A stretch of 64,000 bases of DNA, taken from Chrysemys picta bellii. Taxonomy: Eukaryota. A program made the position numbers and the translations under genes. Within the stretch, counting starts at the first letter, position 1; the number at the start of each line of letters is the position of its first letter. The notes beneath the pieces are model-generated. The model was not told the origin of the DNA, did not search any database, and saw only the letters and a program-made list of their open reading frames with translations. Of the stretch, positions 22,641-33,500 are shown one piece after another. Location of the stretch: positions 24,552,001 through 24,616,000 of the forward strand of contig NC_088807.1 in assembly GCF_011386835.1 (NCBI RefSeq). The letters are read 5' to 3'.

Positions 22641-22730
22641 CTCCGGGAGATTGTGGGGGACATTCTCTGGCCGGTGTGAACCCTGAAATCTGCTAAAGGG
22701 GACTCTCTCTCTCTCTCTTTCTCTCTCCCA

Positions 22731-23821
22731 GGGGCCTGTACTGGGACCAGCGCTGGTCTACATACTCATAAATGATCTGGAAAAAGGGGTAGACAGGGAG
22801 GTGGCAAAATGTGCAGATGACACAAAACTACTCAAGATAGTTCAGTCCCAGGCAGACTGCGAAGAGCTACAAAGGGATCTCACCAAACTGGGTGACTGGG
22901 CAACAAAATGACAGATTAAATGCAATGTTGATAAATGCAAAGTAATGCACATTGGAAAACAGAATCCCAACTCTACGTATACAGTGATGGGGTCTAAATT
23001 AACTGTTACCACTCGAGAAAGATCTTGGCGTCGTTGTGGAGAGTTCTGTGAAAACATCCACTCAATGTGCAGCGGCCGTGAAAAAAGCACACAGAATGGT
23101 GGGAGTCATTAAGAAAGGGATCGATAATAAGACAGAAAATATCATATTTGCCTCTATATCAATCCATGGTACGCCCACACCGTGAATACTGCGTGCAGAT
23201 GTGGTCGCCCCATCTCAGAAAAGATAGATTGGAATTGGAAAAGGTTCAGAAAAGGGCAACAAAAATGACTAGGGGTCTGGAACGGCTTCCGTATGAGGAG
23301 AGATTAATAAGACTGGGACTTTTCAGCTTGGAAAAGAGATGACTAAGGGGAGATATGATTGAGGTCTATAAAATCATGACTGGGGTGGAGAAAGTAAATC
23401 AGGATGTGTTATTTACTCCTTCTCAGAACACAAGAACTAGGGGCCACCACATGAAATTAAGAGGCAGCCGGTTTAAAACAAAGAAAAGGAAGTATTTCTT
23501 CACACAACGCACAGTCAACCTGTGGAACTCCTTGCCAGAGGATGTTGGGAAGGCCCAGACCATAACAGGGTTCAAAAAAGAACTAAATCAGTTCAAGGAG
23601 GATAGGTCCATCAATGGCTATTAGCCAGGCTGGGCAGGGATGGTGGCCCCAGCCTCTGTTTGTCAGAAGCTGGGAATGGTCGACAGGGATGGATCACTTG
23701 ATGATTCCCTGTTCTGTTCATTCCCTCTGGGGCACCTGGCATTAGCCACTGTGGGAAGACAGGACTCTGGGCTGGATGGACCTTTGCTCTGACCCAGTCT
23801 GGCCGTTCTTATGTTCTTATG
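22731..23821 (+). mobile_element. CR1 LINE, 5'-truncated
   Basis: PLYQSMVRPHREYCVQMWSPHLRKD...LEKVQKRATKM; ends GCCGTTCTTATGTTCTTATG. Confidence 0.93.
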
Positions 23822-24610
23822 GCTTGGGGCCAGTTGGTCTCCGGATTCTCAGCCAGGAGCCCCTCCCCGGAGTCACGCAGAAGGACAGAGAGAGACAGGC
23901 CGACGCCAGGATGCCAGTGATCGGGGCCCTTGGCTGGGATGCTGATGGCCTGTTTTCCGATCTCCCCAGCCATCGCTCCTGAACCGGGGTCTCTGCTCAG
24001 GTTCGAACCACCTCCTGGGGTGGTGCCCTCCCCCACGGACTGTCTACAGGGTTGTGACGTGGTGGGAACGGTTTGTAATAGCATTGGGTTGTTGCTGCCT
24101 CGGTTTCCCTCTGAGTGTTGCGTTGCTGGCCAGCGGACGAAGGGGGGGAAGGGTTAAGTCTGCCCCGGGTTGGTGCGGGAGCCAGGAGCGGGGGCTGGGC
24201 AGAGGCTGGGATGGACGACGAGGACCAAGAGACACGGGGGGGGGATGTCACTGCAAATCCTGGGGTGCCTGCGTCCCTGAAGGGGGGGTACCCAGCTCTA
24301 CCAGGGGAGCTGCTGGGGTGAAGCAGGAGGCCCGGAGCCCGGGGGCTCAGTCTCCGAGGCAGGGAGGCCGCGGGGCCGACCCTGAAGGCGGAGTGGGCCC
24401 CATGTGGGGGACTGGCACCTCGCTGGGGGTTCGGCCGAGAGGCTGTGGAGTTGGAGCATCTGGCCTGGGGACGGGGGGGCTCGGGCTGGCCAGGGTGTGG
24501 GGCTGCCAATGGGGGTCAGGTCAGCAGCTGAGCCGAGGTCTGGAAAAATGCCAGGAGCAGCTCAGTGTTGGACTCTGGCAACCTGTCCCGGGCTCTTGGT
24601 GTGGGGGGGG

Positions 24611-24820
24611 GGGGAGTGGGGTCTAGTGGTTAGAGCAGGGGGGGGCTGGGAGCCAGGACTCCTGGGTTCTCTCCCTGGCTCTGGGAGGGGAGAGGGGTCT
24701 AGTGGTTAGAGCAGGGGGGGCTGGGAGCCAGGACTCCTGGGTTCTCTCCCCAGCTCTGAGAGGGGAGTGGGGTCTAGTGGTTAGAGTGGGGGGGGGCTGG
24801 GAGCCAAGATTCCTGGGCTC
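24611..24820 (+). repeat. tRNA-SINE-derived 75-bp array (continues 25767-25890 after a CR1 insertion)
   Basis: Same unit as 4721-5277. Confidence 0.8.
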
Positions 24821-25766
24821 ACAAATCTAAGTGATTTGGCAACAAAACGGCAAATGAAATTTAATGTGGATAAATGTAAAGTAATGCACCTTGCAAAAAA
24901 ATAACCCCAACTCTACATACAATATGATGGGGGCTAATTTAGCTACAACGAATCAGGAAAAAGATCTTGGCGTCATCGTGGATAGTTCTCTGAAGACGTC
25001 CACGCAGTGTGCAGCGGCGGTCAAAAAAGCAAACAGGACGTTAGGAATCATTAAAAAAGGGATAGAGAGTAAGATGGAGAATATCTTATTGCCCTTATAT
25101 AAATCCATGGTACACCCACATCTTGAATACTGCATACAGATGTGTGGTTTCCTCATCTCAAAAAAGATATACTGGCACTAGAAAAGGTTCAGAGAAAGGC
25201 AACTAAAATGATCAGGGGGTTGGAAGGGGTCCCATATGAGGAGAGATTAAAGAGACTAGGACTTCTCAGCTTGGAAAAGAGGAGACTAAGGGGGGATATG
25301 ATAGAGGTCTATAAAATCATGAGTGATGTGGAGAAAGTGACTAAGGAAAAGTTATTTACTTGTTCCCATAATATAAGAACTAGGGGTCACCAAATGAAAT
25401 TAATGGGTGGCAGGTTTCAAACAAATAAAAGGAAGTTCTTTTTCACACAACGCACAGTCCACCTGTGGAACTCCTTGCCTGAGGAGGTTATGAAGACTAG
25501 GACTATAACAGGGTTTAAAAGAGAACTGGATAAATTCATGGTGGTTAAGTCCATTAATGGCTATTAGCCAGGCTGGGTAAGGAATGGTGTCCCCAGCCTC
25601 TGTTTGTCAGAGGATGGAGATGGACGGCAGGAGAGAGATCACTTGATCATTACCTGTTAAGTTCACTCCCTCTGGGGCATCTGGCATTGGCCACTGTCGG
25701 CAGACAGGATACTGGGCTGGATGGACCTTTGGTCTGACCCAGTCTGGCCGTTCTTATGTTCTTATG
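24821..25766 (+). mobile_element. CR1 LINE, 5'-truncated, inserted in the SINE-derived array
   Basis: ORFs 24891-25181 and 25142-25567 are CR1 ORF2 C-terminus separated by a frameshift; (TTCTTATG)2 tail. Confidence 0.94.
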
Positions 25767-25990
25767 GCTCTCTGCTCAGCTCTGGGAGGGGAGGGGGGTC
25801 TGGCGGTTAGAGCAGGGGGGGCTGGGAACCAGGACTCTTGAGTTCTCTCCCCAGCTCTGGGAGGGGAGTGGGGTCTAGTGGTTAGAGCGGGGGAAGGCCG
25901 GGAGTCAATGTCATAGTGGAGTGACTCACAGCTGATGCCGGGAGAAGGACCCTCCGTGCTGATACGAAGCCCCCTGCCCCCGACCCTCCG

Positions 25991-26260
25991 CTTACCTGAT
26001 TTCAGAGTCTCCGCTGCATGAGGGGCTCGGCCAGTGTTCTCGGGGCAGGGAAGTCGCGTTGGGGGGGATCACTGGGGCCCGGATCCCAGATGGGTTTGTC
26101 CCTCACCCTGCAGAGGAGGAAAGAGCCAGGCTGGGTGGCCGGTGGGGGTATTTCACTCCCTTCCAGCCCCTCCCAAAGCCAGGCAGACAGGTCCTGATTG
26201 GTTCCTTGGGAGCCCCTTGTTCCCCTGCTGGGGAAGCCTTAATGAGGTCCCAGGAGGGGC
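25991..26260 (-). promoter_or_regulatory. Candidate promoter/first exon for the minus-strand OR at 16721-17677
   Basis: Minus-strand donor CAG|GTAAG at 25998-25991; TTAATGAG-g-TCCCAGGAG (26239-26256); TTCCTTGGGA (26202-26211); CCAAT on minus (~26196). Confidence 0.4.
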
Positions 26261-27099
26261 TGGAGTCCTCTCCCGCCCACTTCCCAGCAGCCCCGGACCC
26301 CGGCACTGCCAGCCCACCCACCTCTGCCCCAGGATGTTCCCTCAATGGGCTCCCAGCGTCAACCCAGAAGCCCCCAAACCTCCGAGGTTGGCAGAAGATG
26401 CCAAGAGCCTTAGTTTCTGAATCCTCATTCACATCAGGGTCCATTCTGGGTGTTAGGCTCCAAGCCTTGGAGGGCAGCCCCATGTACCAATCTCAATGCT
26501 CTTGCCTCCTCCAGGTAAGTCTACATTTCGAGCTGGAGAGACACACCCATCCCAGCCCTCCTCAAACTGGCACTCACAGTGCCAGGTCCAAGTGTGGTTC
26601 CCCTCCTGAGTCATTGTGCATCTCCTGACCTGTCCTCGGCGCCAGAGCTCAAGGTGCTAGGTCCTTCAAGCTCCATGTTCTAGATTCCCCAATGCTGGAT
26701 TACTTTCCATTGAATAAACGGGCCCAGAAATGTGACCCTGTTAAAATTCCTTTTAATCTTTTATGGAAGGTACATGTTCCAGGTTCTAGGTCCCTGACAA
26801 GGTTCCAGGTCCCTCAAGCCCCAAGTTCTAGATCCCCAATGCTGGATTAATTTCCATGGAATAAACGGGCCCAGAGATGTGACCCTGTCACTGTCCCACA
26901 TTAAATGGTGTTAAACAAAGTTCAGAGCCATCAGCCTGCCTAACCCCATGGCAAACACCCCATTAAAAATCCTGTTCACCTTTCATGGAGAGAAGGCAAA
27001 GCAGTTAAGCATTGGAAATGTAAGACAAATGCACATGAAACGCAGAAGGAGAGATCAGCAACGAAAGACAACTGCACTTCTATCTCTGCTGTTGATTTT

Positions 27100-27724
27100 T
27101 TATTTGCAATCTCACCGCTAGAGAATCGCGGGCCTGGCAGGTGTTTTCAGGCATTGTGGCCAGTTCTCAGAAAACATCCGCTCGATGCGGCAAGATTAAA
27201 CAGAGGAGGACTGTTCAGCTTGGAAAAGAGATGATTGAGAGGGGGAGATGATAGAGGTCTAGAAAAATCATGAATGAGGAGGAGAAAGTCAATCAGGACG
27301 TGTTATTTACCCCTTCCCATAACACAAAAGCTGGGGTCACCCAATGAAATTAACAGGCAGCAGGTTTAAAACAAACAGAAGAAAGTATTTCTTCACACAA
27401 CGCACCGTCAACCTGTGGAACTCCTTGCCAGGGGATGTTGTGAAGGTCAAAAGTAGAACTGGGTTACAAAAAGAATGAGATAAGTTCTTGGAGGGTAGAT
27501 CTATCAATGGCGATTAGCCAAGATGGTCAGGGACGTAACCTCACGCTCAGGGTGTCCCTAAACGTCCGATGGCCGGAAGCTGGGAGTGGACAACAAGGGA
27601 TGGATCTCGCAATAACCGCCCTGGTCTGTTCATTCCCCTGAAGCATCTGGCACCGGCCACTGTCGGAAGTCAGGATACTGGGCTGGATGGACCATTGGCA
27701 TGACCCAGTTTGGCCGTTCTTATA
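27100..27724 (+). mobile_element. CR1 LINE 3' fragment
   Basis: TTCTTCACACAACGCACCGTCAACCTGTGGAACTCCTTGCC; ends GGCCGTTCTTAT. Confidence 0.85.
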
Positions 27725-28029
27725 CAGCTACTCCGAGACCTGGCCAACTTGTACCAGCACGGGGCTGTTTTAGGCATTGCTTGTCTCTCTGGTTATGGGC
27801 TCACAGCCGTGTTGCAAAATATATGTCTTGCCTGGCTAAGTGAGACTCTTAGGTTATGTCTACGCCGGAGCTGGGTCTCCCAGACCAGCAGGAGGTTGAA
27901 CCCCCCACAATATAAGCAGTTAAACCAACTGATTGTATCCAATGTGATTGTCCTGTCAAAATATACCCAGCGAGGTCTTTTATGAAAGTTTGCAATGCAC
28001 GGACCTCAGCGAAGCAGGACTGTTCCAGT

Positions 28030-28770
28030 TCTGAGCGTCACACTGTCAGGGAGATGTGGACAAACTGGAGAGAGTCCAGAGGAGAGCAACAAAAATGATG
28101 CAAGGTGGAGCAAACATGGCCTAGGCAGAAAGGTTTAAAAAACAACAACGGAACATGTTTATTCTGGAGAAAAGACGGCGGGGGGACCTGATAGCAGCCT
28201 GCAAATCTGTTCTAAAGAAGCCAGGGATCGATTGTTCTCTGTGTCTCCTGAATTTTGGACAAGAAGCAATGGGCTTCATCTGCAGCAAGGGAGATAGAGG
28301 TTAGATCTTAGGTCTGGTCTATGCTAAGGAGATAGATCGACGCACGGCAGCTCATGTTGACCTAACCATGGACGTGTCTACACTTAAATTTTGCTCCTGT
28401 CGATGTAACTGCTCCGCCATGCTGACTTAACAACTCCACCCACACACGTGGCGTAGAGTCATGATTGGTGGCGTTAGGTCGGCGCAGGGTCGGTGACGAT
28501 GCGGCGTCCAGGAGCGGTCCCACAACGTCCCACCCTGCAGTACAATCGATATAAGCGCTCTGGCTGACAATGCGCCCTGCTGACACCAGAAGCCCCGTGT
28601 GGACTCGTACGAGCAATGGAATTACTGTGACAGCTGGATGTCGCCGTGAGTTAGGGCGAGTTAATTTGGAAGTGTAGACATGGCCTTAGGAAAAACTAGT
28701 TCAGCTCCAGAACCGGCTCCCAAGGGGGGCTGTGGGATCCCCATCGTTGGAGGTTTTTAAGAGCGGATTG
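28030..28770 (+). mobile_element. Old CR1 fragment split by a MITE
   Basis: GGACAAACTGGAGAGAGTCCAGAGGAGAGCAACAAAAATG; GGTTAGATCTTA|MITE|GGAAAAACT is continuous CR1 sequence. Confidence 0.75.
28311..28685. mobile_element. Harbinger/PIF-type MITE
   Basis: TTA TSD both sides (28308-28310, 28686-28688); termini GGTCTGGTCTATGC / GTGTAGACATGGCC. Confidence 0.8.
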
Positions 28771-28782
28771 GCTGTATTAGTA

Positions 28783-29363
28783 GGAGTGTTGCCAGCAGAT
28801 CGAGGGACGTGATTATTCCCCTCTGTTCGGCACTGGTGAGGCCACATCTGGAGTATTGCGTCCAGTTGTGGGCCCCCCACTACAGAAGGGATGTGGACAA
28901 ATTGGAGAGAGTCCAGCGGAGGGCAACGAAAATGATTAGGGGGCTGGAGCACATGACTTATGAGGTGAGGCTGAGGGAACTGGGCTTGTTTAGTCTGCAG
29001 AAGAGAAGACTGAGGGGGGATTTGATAGCTGCTTTCAACTACCTGAACGGGGGGTCAAAGAGGATGGAGCTCGGCTGTTCTCAGTGGTGGCAGATGACAG
29101 AACAAGGAGTAACGGTCTCAAGTTGCAGTGGGGGAGGTCTAGGTTCAATCTGAGGAAACACTATGTCACTAGGAGGGTGGTGAAGCACTGGAATGGGTTC
29201 CCTGGGGAGGTGGTGGAATCTCCTTCCTTAGAGGTTTTTAAGGTCCGGCTTGACAAAGCCCTGGCTGGGATGATTTAGTTGGGGTTGGTCCTGCGTTGAG
29301 CAGGGGGTTGGACTAGATACCTCCTGAGGTCCCTTCCAACCCTGATAATCTATGAATCTATGA
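28783..29363 (+). mobile_element. CR1 LINE 3' fragment, ATTCTATG-type tail
   Basis: [46 protein letters not shown]; ends ATAATCTATGAATCTATGA. Confidence 0.93.
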
Positions 29364-30539
29364 CTCTCCGTTCAGAAGACAAGCACAGCAGTGAAAGACC
29401 TTGAGTGTCTCTCTGCGTTCTCCTGATGTAACAGACTAATTCTTTCACCTAGCCATAACAGCACCCAGCCCTCCGTCCGATCGATGCTGGGATCGCTCGT
29501 TGACATTGCAATCTTGGGTCGCTGCTGGCAGCACCGGATGCAGATAGACTTCTGTTTTGGGACACACACAATACACAATTCCAGTTGAGAGCGTGGATTG
29601 AAAGTGGATTAGATAAACCGCATTATATCCCCCATGTGGACCCTCCCATTCAGAATGAACGCGGCCTTCGTTCAGTTGAGAAGAGACATTTTAATTCAGA
29701 TTTAATGTGGTTTAGCTTAATTCCATTAATTAACTGAATTACACTCAACAGGATTAAGGCCACTTTAGTTCCGAACCAGGGGCTCTCTATAGAGGAGATT
29801 AAGCTGGTTTAAATAATTCAATTACAAGGATTTTGTATACTATGTCCTGAGTGTCCCCATGTAGACAAGCACTAAGACGACTACTCAGGGGTTTAGCGGG
29901 GTTCCTAAACCATGGCCTCCCGGGTGATATGGGGTGAGGGCTTCTGGATCCATGGCCCCTCCAAGTGACCTGGGGCAGGGGTGTCGGGATCTGTACATCC
30001 ATCAAATTTTTTCCGCTCACACCAACTTCTGGACTTTTTCTCTCCTCCCCTGAGTCCGAAGTTTTCTCATTTGCTCCTTGGTTGTGGCTCTGGCTAATTA
30101 ATCATGGGAGAGTCGGGGTGAGGATCGGGCACCACGGGGACCTAGCACTGATTGGGTTCATTAACGCAGGCCCCATGGGGTTCGTTAGCGCTATTCGCCC
30201 CCGGGACGAGCGTCCGCAGTCTCAGTGCGGTCTCGGTGTAGCTAATTCTGCTTTTAGTTAGGGGGCGAGTTTCGAGGGGCAGCGGGAGCGGGGGGCTCTC
30301 TGAAGGGCTGGGCATGGGAGTTGGGGTGCTTACCCCCAGGCTCCCCCTTCGTCCCCTGCACACTGAATTGTCCGTAGCAGAGCCGGTGCCCCCTAGAGGG
30401 GAAAGACCCCACATCCCATTCCGTGTCCCCCTGAGCCAGCCAGTCTCCCCCCATCCTGGGGCCAGATCAGCACCCCCTAGAGGGGAAATACCCCATGTCC
30501 CATTCCCTGCCCCCAACTGTGCCAGCTGCATTTCCCAGG

Positions 30540-31877
30540 TCTCGCCATCCTGCAATCAGGGCTGAATTCAACAAACGCGTGGACGAGGATGATCCAGTGG
30601 ATACGGTGTCCTTGGACTTTCAGAGAGTCTTTGACAAGGTCCCTCACCAAAGGCTCTTACACAAAGTGAGCTGTCACGGGATACGAGGGAAGGTCCCCTC
30701 ATGGATCGGTAACTGGTTAAAAGACAGGAAACAAAGGGAAGGAATAAATGGTCAGTTTTCAGAATGGAGAGAGGTAAATAGTGGTGTCCCCCAGGGGTCT
30801 GTTCTGGGTCCAGTCCTATTCAACACATTCATAAACGATCTGGAAAAAGGGGTAAACAGGGAGGTGGCAAAATTTGCAGATGATACAAAACTGCTCAAGA
30901 TAGTTCAGTCCCAGGCAGACTGCGAAGAGTTACAAAGGGATCTCACAAAACTGGGTGACTAGGCAAGAAAATGGCAGATGAAATTCACCGTTGATAAATG
31001 CAAAGTGATGCACATTGGAAAACAGAATCCCAACTATACGTATACAATGATGGGGTCTAACTTAGCTGTTACCACTCGAGAAAGATCTTGGCGTCATTGT
31101 GGAGAGTTCTGTGAAAACATCCACTCAATGCGCAGCGGTGTCAAAAAAGCGTGTTGGGAACCCTTAAGAAAGGGAGAGATAAGATAGGAAATATCCTATT
31201 GCCTCTATATCAATCCATGGTTCGCCCACACGTTGAGTACTGCGGGCGGATGTGGTCGCCCCATCTCAAAAAAGATAGATTGGAATTGGAAAAGGTTCAG
31301 AAAAGGGCAACAAAAATTATTAGGGGTCTGGAACGGCTGCTGTATGAGGAGAGAGTAAGAAGACTGGGACAGTTCAGCTTGGAAAAGCGACGACTAAGGG
31401 GGGATATGAGCGAGGTCTATAAAATCACGACTGGGGTGGGGAAGGTAAATAAGAACGTGTTATTTACTCCTGCCCATAACACAAAAACTGGGGTGACCCG
31501 ATGAAATTAATAGGCAGCAGGTTTCAAACGGACGGAAGGAAGGACTTCTTCACCCAGCAGCCAGTCAACCTGTGGAACTCCTCGCCAGGGGATGTTGTGA
31601 AGGCCAAAAGTCGAACTGGGTTCATAAAAAGAATGAGAGATGTTCCTGGAGGACAGGTCCATGGACGGCGATTAGCCTAGATGGGCAGGGAGGCAACCCC
31701 ATGCTCTGGGTGTCTCTAAACGTCCGATGGCCAGGAGCTGGGACTGGCCGACACAGTGGATGGGTCACTTGATATTTGCCCCGTTCTGGTCATTCCCTCT
31801 GAAGCACCTGGCACCGGCTACTGTCTGAGACAGGACCCTGAGCTAGACGGACCCTATACGGCCGTTCTTACGTTCTG
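30540..31877 (+). mobile_element. CR1 LINE (RT core to 3' end), degenerate
   Basis: LDFQRVFDKVPHQRLL...SGVPQGSVLGPVLFNTFINDL...KFADDTKL; ends GCCGTTCTTACGTTCTGA. Confidence 0.93.
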
Positions 31878-32159
31878 ATTATTTTCTGAGCACGACGTTC
31901 TGTGTCGGCCCCTCCTGTAGCTGGCGAATGCCAGGGGAGCCCCGTGGCTTGTGCATCTTCCAATGGGCGCCCCACCCCCAGAAACCCCCAAGCCTGGGTG
32001 CTGCTGTATCCCATGGGGTTCCCCTTCCCCCTCCATTGGGATCCCAAGTCCCCGATTCAAGGGGGAACAGAGAACACAATGGGGGCTGGGGGGGGGGGCT
32101 GTAGGAGACTCACCCTTTTTCCTAATCTCTCACCTCAACCTCCCATGCCGAGCCTTCAG

Positions 32160-33500
32160 CCCGTCCCGGCTTGTCCTGCCTTCAGCAGACGCGGAGAGCA
32201 AGTGATCAGAACAGCCCAGGACAGATCTCTCTGGTCCCCTGTCAGGCTTTTTCCCAGACCAAGTGGGCCCAGTTTTTTAACCTTTTCCCACCAGGCAGAC
32301 TTTCTAAACCATGGCTCATTTTGCCTGGACGCTCTCCGGTTTGTCATCATCTTTCCTGAAGCGCGGGGCCCCCAGAATTGGACACATAAACTCCCCCTGG
32401 GGCCTCCCCAGTGCCGAGCTGAGCAGGACGGCGTAGGAGCCTCCTTTGATATCCCCCAGAACTAGATTCGCTTCTTCCGCAGCTGCGCCCCGCTGTCGGC
32501 TCAGATCCGATTTGTCCCCCGCGGGAACCCCCCATCCCCGTCGGCCACACGGCCAGCAGCTGCGTGTTTGCTTTTTCCTTCCTCGGAGGGGTACGCTGCG
32601 CTCGGTCCTTGTCCGATTTCCCCTGCTCGATTTCAGAGCCGTTCTCCGATTCGCCCCGGTCGTTTTCAACCCGAACCCCGGCCCCAAGAGCGCCGGCCGC
32701 CCCTCCCCGCGGGGAGTCACCTGCAGGGGTTCGGAGCCGGCTCTCAGTTAGGAAGTTTTTCCTAATGCCCATCCTGCAATTTAAGCCCATTGCTTCTTGT
32801 CCTATCCTCAGACGTTAAAGAGAACAATTTTTCTCCTTCTTGTAACCATGTTTTATGTACTTGGAAACTGTTCTCCCGTCCCCTCTCCGGCTTCTCTTCT
32901 CCACACTAAACAAACCCCGTTTTTTCAATCTTCCCCATAGCTCATGTTTTCTAGATTTTTCATCATGTTTGTTGCTCGTCTCTGGGCTTTCTCCAATTTG
33001 TCCCCATCTCTCCTGCAACGCGGCGCCCAGAACTGGACCCAACCCTCCAGCTGAGACTGTATCAGGGCAGAAGAATCACTTCTCGTGGCTGGCTTACAAC
33101 GCTCCTGCTGATACAGCCCAGAACGACGACGGCTTTTTTTGCAACGGCGGCACACTGTTGACTCATATTTTAGCTTGTGATCCACTCTGACCCCGCAGAC
33201 CCGTTTCCACCGGACTCCTTCCTAAGCAGTCGTTTCCCTTTGCGTGTGTGCAACGGATTGGTCCTTCCGAAGTGGAGCACTTTGCATTTGTCCTGATTGA
33301 ATTTCATCCGATTTTCTTCAGACCATTTCTCCAGATCATTTTGAATTTTAATCCTATCCATCAAAACACTTGCAGCCCCTCATAAGAACATAAGAACGGC
33401 CAGACTGGGTCAGACCAAAGGGCCATCTAGACCAATGTCCTGTCTACCAATGCCAGGTGCCCCAGAGGGAGTGAACAGAACAGGGAATCCTCAAGCGATC
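32160..33500 (-). mobile_element. Several degenerate minus-strand CR1 fragments
   Basis: Minus peptides LEGWVQFWAPRCRRDGDKLEKAQRRATNMMKNLENMSY and RMKFNQDKCKVLHFGR; CATAAGAACATAAGAAC tail at 33381. Confidence 0.8.

Noticed and set aside
30495-31504. Active CR1 reverse transcriptase gene
   Set aside because: 5'-truncated with stops and frameshifts
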